Source of the DNA: a candidate division FCPU426 bacterium
GTDB taxonomy: Bacteria > Oederibacteriota > Muellerivitia > Muellerivitales > Muellerivitaceae
Length of the DNA stretch: 64,000 nt
Direction of reading: 5' to 3'
Assembly: GCA_963738405.1 (NCBI GenBank)
Contig: CAVTWJ010000013.1
Location: forward strand, 6,445 to 70,444
The position numbers and the translations under genes are program-made. This document shows, in pieces, positions 27,713-37,900 of the stretch. How positions within the stretch are numbered: position 1 is the first letter of the stretch; every line of letters begins with the position of its first letter. The notes beneath the pieces are model-generated. The model worked only from the letters and a program-made list of their open reading frames with translations, was not told the origin of the DNA and did no database searches.

Positions 27713-28561
27713 ATGAAAAGCTTTCTCCCTATGCGATTTTTTACCTCGTTTTTTTTACTGTTCGCGGCTTCCACCCTCTTAGCTGACCCTGCCTCGGACC
27801 GAGCCGAGGCTCCGCATCTTAAAGTTCGATTGGTGTGTGGCCAAACCGCCCTCATTCCGGGTCAAACTGCCCTCGTTGGCGTCTATTTTCAAATGCAGAA
27901 GGGCTGGCATCTTTATTGGAAAAACCCGGGGGATTCGGGCCTACCGCCCTCAATCAAATGGACCCTTCCACCTGGTTTCAAGGCCGGTGATTTGAAGTGG
28001 CCCATTCCGGAACGTATCAAGATCCCCTCCCTGACCGATTTCGGCTACCTGGATCATTTGCTTTTGATGGCGCCCGTCCATGTTCCGGCAGGACTGAAGG
28101 AAGGAATGGCAGTGACCCTGAAGGCTGAGGCCCGGTGGCTGGTTTGCAATGAGGAATGTATTCCTGGCCAGGCGGTTTTAAACCTGTCCCTGCCGGTTCG
28201 ACAAGAAGTCGGTGAGGCGGCATCCAAGGACCGAGATCTTTTTACCGAGACGAAGGCTCTTTTGGCCAACCCTCTGCCCCTGGATTGGACGTCTAAAGGG
28301 AGTGTTGACCGGGATGGAATGGTACTGCAGTTCAAAACGGGCGCCGTGAAAATTTCAAACGCTGATTTTTTTACCCTTGATCCAAACGTTTTGGATTATG
28401 AAACCGATCCGGTTTTTAAGGCGGGACCATCCTCTTTCAGCCTGAAACTTAAAAAATCGGACCAGCTTCTCCAGATGCCTGCGGAATTGAAGGGTCTTTT
28501 GGTGGTAAATGATTCCAAGGGCCGTAAAAGCGGTTATTGGACGGACATTAAGTTGAAATAA
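27713..28561 (+). CDS. DsbD N-terminal-domain-like thiol:disulfide interchange protein (periplasmic)
   Basis: Signal peptide, then GWHLYWKNPGDSGLPPSIKWTLPPGF...WPIPERI and LVCNEECIPG. Confidence 0.75.
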   Translation: MKSFLPMRFFTSFFLLFAASTLLADPASDRAEAPHLKVRLVCGQTALIPGQTALVGVYFQMQKGWHLYWKNPGDSGLPPSIKWTLPPGFKAGDLKWPIPERIKIPSLTDFGYLDHLLLMAPVHVPAGLKEGMAVTLKAEARWLVCNEECIPGQAVLNLSLPVRQEVGEAASKDRDLFTETKALLANPLPLDWTSKGSVDRDGMVLQFKTGAVKISNADFFTLDPNVLDYETDPVFKAGPSSFSLKLKKSDQLLQMPAELKGLLVVNDSKGRKSGYWTDIKLK

Positions 28562-28583
28562 AAGAGAGCTAAGGAGAAGGACG

Positions 28584-29210
28584 ATGAATAAGAAGATGAG
28601 CTGGCAAGGAATGCTATTGGGCTGTTTCATACTCGTTGCGTCGCAGTCTCAGGCCGTGACGGTGGGCAGCAAGGCGCCGGATTTTACCTGTCAGGACAGC
28701 ATGGGAATCACCCAGAAGCTCTCGAACTACAAAGGCAAATACGTCGTTTTGGAATGGCACAATCAGGACTGTCCCTTCGTGAAAAGCCAATACCAGGGAA
28801 AGATGGAAAAACTCCAGCAGATCTGGACGAAAAAGGGAGTGGTTTGGTTTTCCGTCATTTCCTCGGCACCCGGAGCGGAGGGTTCCGTAACGGCCGATAT
28901 GGCCAACCAGGACGTGAAGAGTCACGGGGCCTTTCCGACCGCCACCCTCATGGACCCTTCTGGAACGGTTGGACATCTCTACGGGGCCAAGACGACGCCC
29001 CATATGTTCGTCATCGATCCCAAAGGCAGGTTAATTTATAACGGTGCCATTGATAACGCGCCCTTGGAAGATGAAATGTCCTCCCAAAACAAGGACGGTC
29101 AGCCCTATGTGAATTATGTGGACCAGGCCCTCACCCAAGCCCAGGGTGGACAAAAGGTCGCTGCCCCATCCACCGCGCCTTATGGTTGTCATGTGAAGTA
29201 CAAAGACTAG
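28584..29210 (+). CDS. Periplasmic thioredoxin-fold redoxin (AhpC/TSA-TlpA-like)
   Basis: Signal peptide, then APDFTCQDSMG...YKGKYVVLEWHNQDCPFVKSQY. Confidence 0.8.
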   Translation: MNKKMSWQGMLLGCFILVASQSQAVTVGSKAPDFTCQDSMGITQKLSNYKGKYVVLEWHNQDCPFVKSQYQGKMEKLQQIWTKKGVVWFSVISSAPGAEGSVTADMANQDVKSHGAFPTATLMDPSGTVGHLYGAKTTPHMFVIDPKGRLIYNGAIDNAPLEDEMSSQNKDGQPYVNYVDQALTQAQGGQKVAAPSTAPYGCHVKYKD

Positions 29211-29962
29211 ATCTTCAGGAAGTTTTCAAGCCAGCGAAGAAAGGATGGGGGGGAGGGGAATCGCAGGTCCACATCCTTGTTCGGAATGCGGTCACCCACG
29301 GCGATTTTAAGGCCTTTTTTGCCCACAACTCTCATAGCCAAAAGATCCGCTCGGTCGTCTCCGGCAATAATAGGGAGATAGCCGGGATAAGCCTTGAGAA
29401 TCCGTTTTACCGCCTTGGCCTTGCTAAACCCCTTGGGCAAGGCCTCGATCATTTTCTTTCCAGGGTGAATCTCCCAAGCTGTGATCGTTACCGCCTTTTT
29501 AAATCTTTTTCGATATTCCTGCCAAATAGCCCTTTCCTCCCTGGTTTTTAATCTTAAACCCCGGTAATGCAGGGCTGAGGAAAAAGGCTTCTTTTCTATA
29601 TGAATACCGGGGAAGAGGCGGGGCATATCTTTTACCGCTTTCCATAATAGGAGTGCCTCCCGGCGATAACGGGATTCCTGCTGTCTCAAAGTGAATCGGA
29701 TGCCGTGTGGAAGACGGTCCGCCTCGAAACCGTGGGACCCAGCGATGGAAATGTTTTTGAGGCCTGAAACTCGTCTGAGGGATGCCGCATAGCGGCCGCT
29801 GACTAGTATGACTGGGTACCTAGAAGCCAATCGACTCAGCATGGAACGGCTCTTGGGCGATAGGTTCGATTTTTCCGGATCGTGGGTAAAATCGGCAAGG
29901 GTACCGTCGTAATCCAATAAAAATAAAATTTTTGGAGCGTTCGAGGGGGGAGAATTTCTCAA
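29207..29962 (-). CDS. otsB: Trehalose-6-phosphate phosphatase (HAD family)
   Basis: LLDYDGTLADF, ILVSGR and IAGDDRADLLAM motifs. 4-nt overlap with the upstream gene. Confidence 0.75.
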   Translation of the reverse strand: MRNSPPSNAPKILFLLDYDGTLADFTHDPEKSNLSPKSRSMLSRLASRYPVILVSGRYAASLRRVSGLKNISIAGSHGFEADRLPHGIRFTLRQQESRYRREALLLWKAVKDMPRLFPGIHIEKKPFSSALHYRGLRLKTREERAIWQEYRKRFKKAVTITAWEIHPGKKMIEALPKGFSKAKAVKRILKAYPGYLPIIAGDDRADLLAMRVVGKKGLKIAVGDRIPNKDVDLRFPSPPSFLRWLENFLKI

Positions 29963-30957
29963 GGAATCAGGACAATCTTTCCAAAGGCTCCGGGGGACAT
30001 CACTTCCACGTGAGACTGTGAGGCTTCCGAAAGCGTGAATTCTTTTCCTACTACGGGCTTTAGGGAACTATTGGCAAGGCCGCGTCCCAGATCCTCGTGA
30101 ATTTCCCGCAAATCTTCGGCTGTCGCGTTGAAAAGAGTCATCCCTAAAATACTAGCGTCCCGAGACATGGCATCCCGGGGGTTGATCTCCACGGGTCCCC
30201 GGCTTCCGATAACGACCACCCTTCCGAATTTGGAAAGATAGGTAAGGTCTTTTCCCAAATTGATATTGGCCAGCATTTCCAAGATTATTTGAACACCCTT
30301 GCCCAAGGTTATTTCCAAGAGCTTTTTTGCGAATTCCGGATCATGGTGGTTGAGAGCATGGTGGGCGCCGGAGGTTTTTACCAGTTCCAAGCCCTTTTCC
30401 GTGCCGGCGGTTCCAATGACTGTTAAGCCTGCCCTGCGTCCCAGCTGTACGGCGGCGGTTCCTACCCCTCCGCTGGCCCCGTGGACCAGAAGGGTTTCAC
30501 CGGGCTTGGCCTGGGCCCTCTTGAAAAGAGACTGATGGGCGGTGCCGTAGGGAACGCCCAAGGCTGCGCCCTGGGAAAAGGTGACTTTTTCAGGTAGGGG
30601 ATGGACGTTGCTTTCCATCACCAGGGCGTACTCCGCGTAGGAACCGCTGAGGGCGGCATTGAAGTAAACCCGATCGCCCATCTTGTAAAGAGAAACGCCT
30701 GTCCCCACGGCCTCCACAATGCCGGCCCCATCCGCACCGGGCGTGTAGGGAAGGGAGGGTTTAGAGGCGTAGGTGCCGGCCCGCACGTAGGCTTCCACCG
30801 GGTTGACCCCGGTGGATTTTACCCGCACGAGGATCTGTTCCTGCCCAGGTTTTAAACCATCCGTCTCCTCGATTTTCATGACCTCGGGGCCGCCGAATTC
30901 ACTAACCCGAATGGCTTTCATGCGCATTCCTTCATGCTTCGGAAATTTGGGAGTCAT
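29959..30957 (-). CDS. NADPH:quinone oxidoreductase (zeta-crystallin/MDR family)
   Basis: MKAIRVSEFGGPEVMKIEE...VRVKSTGVNPVE...LVHGASGGVGTAAVQL. The likely true start is ATG 30921. Confidence 0.85.
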   Translation of the reverse strand: MTPKFPKHEGMRMKAIRVSEFGGPEVMKIEETDGLKPGQEQILVRVKSTGVNPVEAYVRAGTYASKPSLPYTPGADGAGIVEAVGTGVSLYKMGDRVYFNAALSGSYAEYALVMESNVHPLPEKVTFSQGAALGVPYGTAHQSLFKRAQAKPGETLLVHGASGGVGTAAVQLGRRAGLTVIGTAGTEKGLELVKTSGAHHALNHHDPEFAKKLLEITLGKGVQIILEMLANINLGKDLTYLSKFGRVVVIGSRGPVEINPRDAMSRDASILGMTLFNATAEDLREIHEDLGRGLANSSLKPVVGKEFTLSEASQSHVEVMSPGAFGKIVLIP

Positions 30958-31001
30958 GATAAGCCCTTCAAGAAGCGGGCCTCAAGGGTTGTCATGGCTT
31001 G

Positions 31002-31190
31002 TTAATTAATCCCAATTGGAAAGGTTTGAAAATAATGGTCGAAAAAGTGGGGTACTGTTCGGTTGGAACCCGGCCCAGTTTGCGCGTTCTTTCCGCCCTT
31101 CCATTCTTCCAAAAGCGCCTTGAGTTCAATAGGCGCCAGGGTTTCGAATTCTTGTTTTGTGTCCGCTTCTTGAATTTGAGTGTTTTCCAT
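31002..31190 (-). CDS. Possible small acidic protein (62 aa)
   Basis: GGAGA SD 6 nt before ATG 31190. MENTQIQEADTKQEFETLAPIELKALLEEW... No family recognised. Confidence 0.3.
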   Translation of the reverse strand: MENTQIQEADTKQEFETLAPIELKALLEEWKGGKNAQTGPGSNRTVPHFFDHYFQTFPIGIN

Positions 31191-31395
31191 TTGTATCTCC
31201 CTCTTATGCGCCATATTTGACGAACAATAAGAAACTGCCCGGCAAATATCAATGATGGCGGGAACGTCTGGGAAACATGTGGAAAATGAGACTGGGAAAC
31301 GATTATAGGACTGCAACTTTTTCAAAGGGGCGTTCGTCTTATCTAACGGGAAGTAAATGATCCCAAATAAAAAAGAAGTCACTTGGAGGACTTAA

Positions 31396-31584
31396 ATGAA
31401 AAAGTTAATGGTCGCTTTGATGGCAGTATTGTTCCTGGGCAGCACCACCTTGGTGATGGCTCAGACTCCGGTTCCGGCTGCCGCTCCTGCCGCGAAGTCG
31501 CACAAGTCTAAGAAGCACATGAAGAAAATGAAGAAGACCGCTGCTTCCGCGCCGGCCGCTTCGACCACGCCAGTCGCGAAGTAA
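31396..31584 (+). CDS. Small secreted Lys/Ala-rich protein
   Basis: GGAGGA SD, signal peptide MKKLMVALMAVLFLGSTTLVMA, a basic KSHKSKKHMKKMKK core and a strong terminator downstream. Confidence 0.55.
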   Translation: MKKLMVALMAVLFLGSTTLVMAQTPVPAAAPAAKSHKSKKHMKKMKKTAASAPAASTTPVAK

Positions 31585-31631
31585 GTTCTCTTCTTGAAGT
31601 TCATGTAAACCGCCCCCTGGACGGTTTACCG

Positions 31632-31668
31632 GCCCCCGGACCCTGATGGGTTTCGGGGGCTTTTTTTT
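31632..31668 (+). terminator. Rho-independent terminator
   Basis: gcccccg...cgggggc stem followed by T8. A second hairpin gtaaaccg..cggtttac lies just upstream (31605-31629). Confidence 0.7.
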
Positions 31669-31743
31669 AACATGATTTTCTTGGAGCTGAATCCCATGGG
31701 CCGTTAAAATGCGGGTATGCGGGAAGTTCGTATTTAATTATTT

Positions 31744-33186
31744 TTGAGGTATTCCTTGGTTCTTCCTATCCGCCTTTCGTTTTTCGCGGCCCTTCTGTTT
31801 TTATCAAATCTTGCGGTAAGCGCTTTTGCGGCGACCTCCAATGATTACTATCAAGCCGGTTTAAGCCTCTATAACCAAAAAAATTACCTCCAGGCGGTCC
31901 AATATTTCAGCGCGGCGGTTCAGTTGGATTCCAACAACGCGGCGGCATTGCAGGGTAGGGCCAATTGTTATTACGCCCAGGGAAACTATTCTGCGGCCTT
32001 AGCGGATTATCAAAAAGTCCTGGCTCAAAACCCCAACAACGCCCAGCTTTCCCAGTTTGTTCAAGCACTCCAAGCCAAGGTGGGTGCCGCTCCCACTTCC
32101 CCCGCCGCCCCGCCGCTCCCTGGCGCTAGCGCCGGTGACCCGTTCGCCCAAGGTGTCGCTCTTTATGGACAAAAGCAATACCAAACCGCCATACCCTATT
32201 TTCAGCAGGCCGCCCGTTTGGACCCCAATAATGGCAAGCCCAACTATTATCAGGGAATCTGCGAAGTGATGACGGGAGACAATCGGGATGGCGCACTGGA
32301 TTTATCCCTTTCCAACCGGAAGGAGCCTAGCCCCGGTCTTGCCAATTACGTCAATCAATTGATGGCCCGTTTATCGCCGGATGACCAGCAGTGGGTGAAC
32401 GGTCAGCTGGCGGCCGCTCAGAGCGCTTCAGCGGGGTCTAAGTCTTCCGGAGCTATGGGAATTTCCAAAAAATTCGGCATCCGGCTGGAACCCGATTTTT
32501 CTTTAATCACTATGGCGGATTTACAGGCTGAAACCGCCGCAGGGTTAGCCTACGGCAAATTCCTTCAGCAAAATAGCGACCCCAGTACCAGCTACAACGC
32601 TTCGGTACCATCCGGTTTTGTGAACATAGCCTTTGAGCCGGTTTATGAACTGGGCCCCGAACTGGAAGTGGGTCTTCCGGTCATCTATTCAAACGCAGGT
32701 TCGGCGGGTGAAACGCTCACTTCCGGCGGCGTAACCACCATTAACAGCATAACGATTACCGCCATTTGCATTGGGCTTGACGCACGGTACTTTTTCGTTC
32801 AAGACCCCTTAAGGGTTTATGTTGGAGGCGGTCCCATGATCGCATTGGGATCGGCCAGCGTTTCTTCCACCCTCGCCAATTCCGGCGGGGCCGGCACGGG
32901 CATGGCCTTTGGAGGGGAGATTCAACTGGGCGCGGATTACAAGTTGGACCCGAGTATTTCGATCGGCCCCTGGCTGGGTTACCGCCTCCTGACTTTCAGT
33001 TCCTTTTCCGGAACCTCCGGTGGACAAAGCGGGGAATTGTATATCGCTCAAAACCTGTCATCCGGAAGCACCAATTGGCCGATTATCACGGGGGGAGCGG
33101 CGAACCTGACTTCTCAATACTCCCGCCCCCTGCAAGTGGATCTGTCCGGATTGTTCTTCGGCCTTCAAGTGGCGGTCATGTTGTGA
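31744..33186 (+). CDS. Signal peptide - TPR - Pro/Ala linker - TPR - predicted beta-barrel protein (paralog-type of 9525..10730)
   Basis: TPR units (YYQAGLSLYNQKNYLQAVQYFSAAVQLDSNN...), an APTSPAAPPLPGA linker and a Gly/Ser/aromatic alternating C-terminal half. Confidence 0.7.
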   Translation: MRYSLVLPIRLSFFAALLFLSNLAVSAFAATSNDYYQAGLSLYNQKNYLQAVQYFSAAVQLDSNNAAALQGRANCYYAQGNYSAALADYQKVLAQNPNNAQLSQFVQALQAKVGAAPTSPAAPPLPGASAGDPFAQGVALYGQKQYQTAIPYFQQAARLDPNNGKPNYYQGICEVMTGDNRDGALDLSLSNRKEPSPGLANYVNQLMARLSPDDQQWVNGQLAAAQSASAGSKSSGAMGISKKFGIRLEPDFSLITMADLQAETAAGLAYGKFLQQNSDPSTSYNASVPSGFVNIAFEPVYELGPELEVGLPVIYSNAGSAGETLTSGGVTTINSITITAICIGLDARYFFVQDPLRVYVGGGPMIALGSASVSSTLANSGGAGTGMAFGGEIQLGADYKLDPSISIGPWLGYRLLTFSSFSGTSGGQSGELYIAQNLSSGSTNWPIITGGAANLTSQYSRPLQVDLSGLFFGLQVAVML

Positions 33187-33375
33187 TTTTTGTTTCTGAT
33201 TTGCCGGCCTAAAAGCGGTTTCATTCTCGTTTTATAAAATCTTTCAAATTTCTACTCTTCAATCGTTTTCATTTAAAAAAACAAACCTGGCTATGCCAAA
33301 TCTTTACTGGAGGCATGGCCGCTTATCTGTGAATCTATCTGGTCAGATCTATAATGGAAATCCATCGAATGCATA

Positions 33376-34578
33376 GTGTTAGGGGCTTTGTCAATGAACG
33401 GAGTCGCAGGGTTGAGGACAAAAACCTTTCGGAACTTGTTTTTTTGTTTTTTAGGATTGGCGTTCTTTCCCGCTTATCTTGCGTGGGCCCAATGCCCCAA
33501 TAATCCAATCCTCACACCTACTTCTTGGCATGGGGCCGGAGTGACCGCTTCCTATAGCAACATCACTAATCTTTATACGGTCATTGGAAATGGAAACAAT
33601 TCATTCGGACAAGGTGTTGAAACCGGATATGCGGATTTGACTACTTTCCCTGGAAACGGCCAAATTCAGGCTGAGGTTACGAACATTACAGGAAACATAG
33701 GTTTTAATCTGGATGCCGCCGGTATCTTTATTCGGGGAAACAACGGTGCCGGTCCCGATGGAGGGCTTATATGGATTTGGGGTGCGGGAAGCAATCAATA
33801 CCAGGTCGCTTCCAGGGTAAAGGATGGTCCCCTAACCCAACTTCAGTCCGGCCCCTGTTCATTGGCCTATTGGCTGAGAATTCAAAACTCTGGGAATGTT
33901 CTTTATCCGGCGGTTTCGACCGACGGCAGTACCTGGACGCTCTTGCCGGTCTTGGACATGACTTCCGACGCCGAATTTTCTGCGGGCAGCACCTTGGCCT
34001 ACGGCTTGTTCGTTTGGAGTGGAAGCGTAAGTCAGCCGACCACTGCTGTTTTCGGCAATGTTTGTGTTAATAATTCGTTCACGCCCTATCCCACCTTAAC
34101 CCCGGCGGTGACCCCGACCTGGACAACAACGCCAGCCCCTACGGGCACCTTTACAGTGACCTTTTCCCCGACTCCCAGTACCACGGGTTCCCCCACCGCT
34201 ACTCCCAGTGGAACTTGGAACTCTACCCCGACGGCGACCCGAACCCCTACCTTAACTTCGATTCCTACTGCTACCCTGTCGCCTACCCCTACTCCTCTTC
34301 CCCCGACGGGTGTCAAGGTTTGGCCCAATCCCTTTACTCCACAGCTTTCCACGAATAACGTGACCCATTTCCTTCTGGCTCCTGGTCATGGAGCCGGGCG
34401 GTTAATGGTCGCCAACCTGCGGAGGCGACAGATCCGTTCCTTTGATTTTGGACCGGGAGCGGATATCCAATGGGATGGAAGAGATAACGGCGACAACGTA
34501 GTTTCTTCTGGGGTCTATCTTTATCTTTTGGAATCGGATGGCACTGTGCGGCGGGGAACCGTTACCGTGATGCGATGA
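33376..34578 (+). CDS. Secreted protein: concanavalin/LamG-like N-domain, PT linker, C-terminal sorting-type domain
   Basis: Signal peptide, beta-sandwich-like N-domain (...WLRIQNSGNVLYPAVSTDGSTWTLL...), a PT linker and a C-terminus VKVWPNPFTP...IQWDGRDNGDNVVSSGVYLYLLESDG. Confidence 0.8.
   Translation: MLGALSMNGVAGLRTKTFRNLFFCFLGLAFFPAYLAWAQCPNNPILTPTSWHGAGVTASYSNITNLYTVIGNGNNSFGQGVETGYADLTTFPGNGQIQAEVTNITGNIGFNLDAAGIFIRGNNGAGPDGGLIWIWGAGSNQYQVASRVKDGPLTQLQSGPCSLAYWLRIQNSGNVLYPAVSTDGSTWTLLPVLDMTSDAEFSAGSTLAYGLFVWSGSVSQPTTAVFGNVCVNNSFTPYPTLTPAVTPTWTTTPAPTGTFTVTFSPTPSTTGSPTATPSGTWNSTPTATRTPTLTSIPTATLSPTPTPLPPTGVKVWPNPFTPQLSTNNVTHFLLAPGHGAGRLMVANLRRRQIRSFDFGPGADIQWDGRDNGDNVVSSGVYLYLLESDGTVRRGTVTVMR
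34081..34308. repeat. Coding Thr/Pro linker repeat
   Basis: TPYPTLTPAVTPTWTTTPAPTGTFTVTFSPTPS...LSPTPTPLPP. Confidence 0.9.
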
Positions 34579-36428
34579 GTGGAGAAAAGGTCTACCATAG
34601 GGGCATGAAAAGACCGCCGCGGACTACCCCACGTCCGGTTACAAAAAAAAACATTTATTATCTTCAGCTGTGTCTTTGCATTTTCGTGGCTACTCCCATT
34701 TGTCTGAAAGCCCAGTCCTCTTTTTTAGATTTCTGTCCGCCCGCCCGGGAAGCGGCGCTGGGCGGAAATGGAGTGGCTTTACCCGAAGGTATCTCCAGCC
34801 TGGCTTTCAACCCGGCGGGACTGGGGAACCTGAGTCTTTTTAAGGTTTCGGCTCGTTATGAAAATCTCTTTTCGGGGATCGAGGGGGATGATCTTTCCAC
34901 AGGGAACCTTTCAGCCGTTCTTCCACTTGAATCGGGCGATGGAATTGGATTTTCTCTGGACCATTTCGGCTCCAATAACCTTGAACAAGACCGGTTGCAG
35001 GCGGCTTTCGGAAAGAGTTTTGAGGCCAGTTCCTTTCTCCATTCCCTGCGTCTGGGCTTCGATCTGTCTTTTATGCGCCAGCAATTCATTCTTCTGGCCC
35101 CCTTGGCGGGGGTGAACCCCGCCAACGTTTCGGCAAGCGCCTTTTCGATGGGGGCCGGCGCCCTTTATGACGCTTTCCCCTGGGCGACCCTGGGACTTTC
35201 CGCTGAGAATTTAAACCAGCCGAACCTGGGTGTGGTGGGAATTGATGAAATTCCCCTGTTGGTCCGCTATGGAGTGGCGGTCCGGCCAAGCGTTGGAGAG
35301 GATCATCTAGTGCTTAATCTTTCTCAATCCTGGAGCGGGGGCGACTTGGAGACCCAGGCAGGCGCCGAATGGAATTTCACCCATTGGGGCGTGTCCCTTC
35401 GGGTGGGAGGTGATTCGAACATGGGGGTGGCCGGATTCGGCTGGCAAAACGACGGCTTGACTATCGACTACGCCTATCAATTTTCATGGAACGAAGCGCC
35501 TTCTTTGGACGGGGTGGGGCTTCCGGGAAGCCATCTGTTGGAAGTGGGTTTTTCCTGGGGAACGACGACCCGGGATGAAAAGGTCTTCCAGGATCTGTTG
35601 TTTAAGGGTCAGCAGGCGTCGAAGGACAAAAAATGGAAAGAAGCCTTTTGGTATTTTCAGCAGGCTTCCTTGCTCCAGCCGGACAATCCCACGGTTCTCC
35701 AGGGCCGTTCCGAATCCCTGCGGCAATACAACCTCCAGCGGGCGGAAACCTATTATCAGGAAGGGCTTCATGACGAGGGGCAGGGTAATTTCGGTGAGGC
35801 GAAACGAGATTATGAATGGGCCGTTTCCCTTGCGCCGGGAGAAGGCACCTATTCTATTGCCAGGGACCGAATGAAAAAGGCCCTCACCCAGGGGGCCTTG
35901 GGGGATGCCCGGGTCAGGGACCTGTTAGAAAAATCGGTCAAGCTCTTTAAAAAGGGCGAAAGGGACTCGGCCTTGAAAAAAATCAAGGAAGCGCAGGTTC
36001 TATATCCCGAGGACGCCTTCCTCCAATTTGTGGCGAAGGCCTTTGCCCGAAAGGATGTTTCGCCGACCGACAAGGAAAGTAAAAAAATCCAACAGCTATC
36101 CGCGGAGGCCGAAATTTTCCGGAGCAAAGGACGTTTGGATCTGGCCCGGGATACCTGGCAGGAAATTCTGAAATCGGACCCCGCCAACGGATTGGCCAAG
36201 GAGAATTTGTCGGAAAGCAATTCTTCCGAAACAACCTCCAATCTGACCGAATCCCAAAAAGCACAAGTCCAGACGCTTTTGCAGAGGGGCTTGAAAGCTT
36301 ACGCCGACGGGGACACGGAAGCGGCGTTGAATGATTGGCAGGAAGTCCTTCAGATTGACCCGGTTAACGTGAATGCCTTGAACAACCTGACACGGGTCAA
36401 GATGGAAGAAGGGGAAGGCAAAAAATGA
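34575..36428 (+). CDS. PorV/PorQ/FadL-like outer-membrane beta-barrel fused to a C-terminal TPR domain
   Basis: ATGA overlap with the upstream cargo gene. Signal peptide, then ...PPAREAALGGNGVALPEGISSLAFNPAGLG..., the N-terminal signature I associate with PorV/PorQ-family barrels. About 280 aa of TPRs follow from residue about 340. Confidence 0.5.
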   Translation: MSGEKVYHRGMKRPPRTTPRPVTKKNIYYLQLCLCIFVATPICLKAQSSFLDFCPPAREAALGGNGVALPEGISSLAFNPAGLGNLSLFKVSARYENLFSGIEGDDLSTGNLSAVLPLESGDGIGFSLDHFGSNNLEQDRLQAAFGKSFEASSFLHSLRLGFDLSFMRQQFILLAPLAGVNPANVSASAFSMGAGALYDAFPWATLGLSAENLNQPNLGVVGIDEIPLLVRYGVAVRPSVGEDHLVLNLSQSWSGGDLETQAGAEWNFTHWGVSLRVGGDSNMGVAGFGWQNDGLTIDYAYQFSWNEAPSLDGVGLPGSHLLEVGFSWGTTTRDEKVFQDLLFKGQQASKDKKWKEAFWYFQQASLLQPDNPTVLQGRSESLRQYNLQRAETYYQEGLHDEGQGNFGEAKRDYEWAVSLAPGEGTYSIARDRMKKALTQGALGDARVRDLLEKSVKLFKKGERDSALKKIKEAQVLYPEDAFLQFVAKAFARKDVSPTDKESKKIQQLSAEAEIFRSKGRLDLARDTWQEILKSDPANGLAKENLSESNSSETTSNLTESQKAQVQTLLQRGLKAYADGDTEAALNDWQEVLQIDPVNVNALNNLTRVKMEEGEGKK

Positions 36429-37837
36429 AGCTAACGACCCGGTTTTCACTCAGCCACAGCGGGGTCGTTGTGGTGGCCCTTCTTGTTAGTTTTTTACTCG
36501 TATATGAGGGGTCGCGTTATTTGTACCTTCGACAAGCCAAGCAGAGTCAGGCTCAGGAAATTTCCGATTTTGCTCTCGCTGCCAAGGAATCCTTGATTCA
36601 ACACGAAGACGTGGCGGTCTTGAATTTCATGAAATCTGTGGTGAAAAATCCTACGGTAGCCTACGCGGCCTATTCCAATCCCGCCGCCGGAATGCCCGTT
36701 GTGTTGCCGTTGGAATTCCAGAAGGAAGTGTTTCCCTCCGGAATGGTCAAATGGGGCTCCGATAAAAACCCTTCGTCCCGGCGCCTTCGAAACGGCCTAG
36801 AGGTCTTGGAGTGGACAGGATCGGTTCCGGTGGGCAACGGAATGATGAGTCATGTATGGCTGGGTTATTCCGTCGCGGCCATGAACCGTGATCTGGAAGA
36901 GCAAACGGCGAGGTGGATGCGGTTGGAATTGGAGGCGGGTGTCGCCGCGCTGCTCGTGGGTTTATTGGTGTCCATAACCCTGGGCCTTCAGATGGCTGCT
37001 CCCCTGAAAAAAATCAGCAATGGAACCCATTTGGTTCGGTCGGGCCAGTTGGGATCCCTGGTGGGAGTCAAGCGCAACGATGAGATCGGGGACTTGGCCC
37101 GGGATTTCAATGCCATGGTAGTTCAGCTCAAGGAGTTGGATGAAATGAAAAGGGACTTTATGGCGGGGGTCACCCACGACTTGGGAACTCCCCTCCACGC
37201 GATCCGAAGCGCCATCAATTATCTCCAGGCCGGGGACGCGGGACCGCTGACTGAAAAACAAACGGAATATCTTTTGTTGGTCGCCAACAGTACGGCCCAC
37301 TTGACTGCCTTTATCAACAATCTTTTGACGACCGCGCGCATTGAGGCGGCAAAAGTGGACCCCTATCCGGAACCGGTGGATGTCTTCGCCCATGTCAAGG
37401 AACTGGTGACCCTCTACCAGCCCCAGGCCGCCGAGAAGGGGGTCCGGCTGACTCTCGTGAAAAAGAACCCATATATTTCACTGGTCGCGGATGTGACCAT
37501 GTTCCGCCAAATCGTCCTGAACCTTATTTCCAACGCCCTGAAATTCACGTCCCGGGGGGAAGTGGATGTCATTCTGTCGGAGGAGGACGGGGACTTTATC
37601 CTGGAAGTCAGGGATACGGGAATCGGTATTGATCCCGCCCACCACCAGCTTATCTTTGATAAATTTTACCGGGTTCACCAGCCGCCGGGAACGCCCGCTC
37701 GTCAGGGAAGCGGGCTGGGCCTGACAATCGTTAAGGGTTTAACCGAAGCCCATGGTGGAAAAGTGGTGGTGGAGAGCGCGCTGGGGAAGGGAAGCGATTT
37801 TAAAGTGATCCTACCCAAGCAACCAAGGAGAGGTTGA
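36425..37837 (+). CDS. Sensor histidine kinase (TM - periplasmic domain - TM - HAMP - HisKA - HATPase_c)
   Basis: H-box MAGVTHDLGTPLHAI, N-box LISNALKFT, G-boxes VRDTGIGI and GSGLGLTIV. ATGA overlap with the upstream gene. Confidence 0.9.
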   Translation: MKLTTRFSLSHSGVVVVALLVSFLLVYEGSRYLYLRQAKQSQAQEISDFALAAKESLIQHEDVAVLNFMKSVVKNPTVAYAAYSNPAAGMPVVLPLEFQKEVFPSGMVKWGSDKNPSSRRLRNGLEVLEWTGSVPVGNGMMSHVWLGYSVAAMNRDLEEQTARWMRLELEAGVAALLVGLLVSITLGLQMAAPLKKISNGTHLVRSGQLGSLVGVKRNDEIGDLARDFNAMVVQLKELDEMKRDFMAGVTHDLGTPLHAIRSAINYLQAGDAGPLTEKQTEYLLLVANSTAHLTAFINNLLTTARIEAAKVDPYPEPVDVFAHVKELVTLYQPQAAEKGVRLTLVKKNPYISLVADVTMFRQIVLNLISNALKFTSRGEVDVILSEEDGDFILEVRDTGIGIDPAHHQLIFDKFYRVHQPPGTPARQGSGLGLTIVKGLTEAHGGKVVVESALGKGSDFKVILPKQPRRG

Positions 37838-37900
37838 AATGAAAACCTATGGGCGCGTCGATTTCTATCTATCTCAATCCGCCGGATTAGGGGAGGAAAC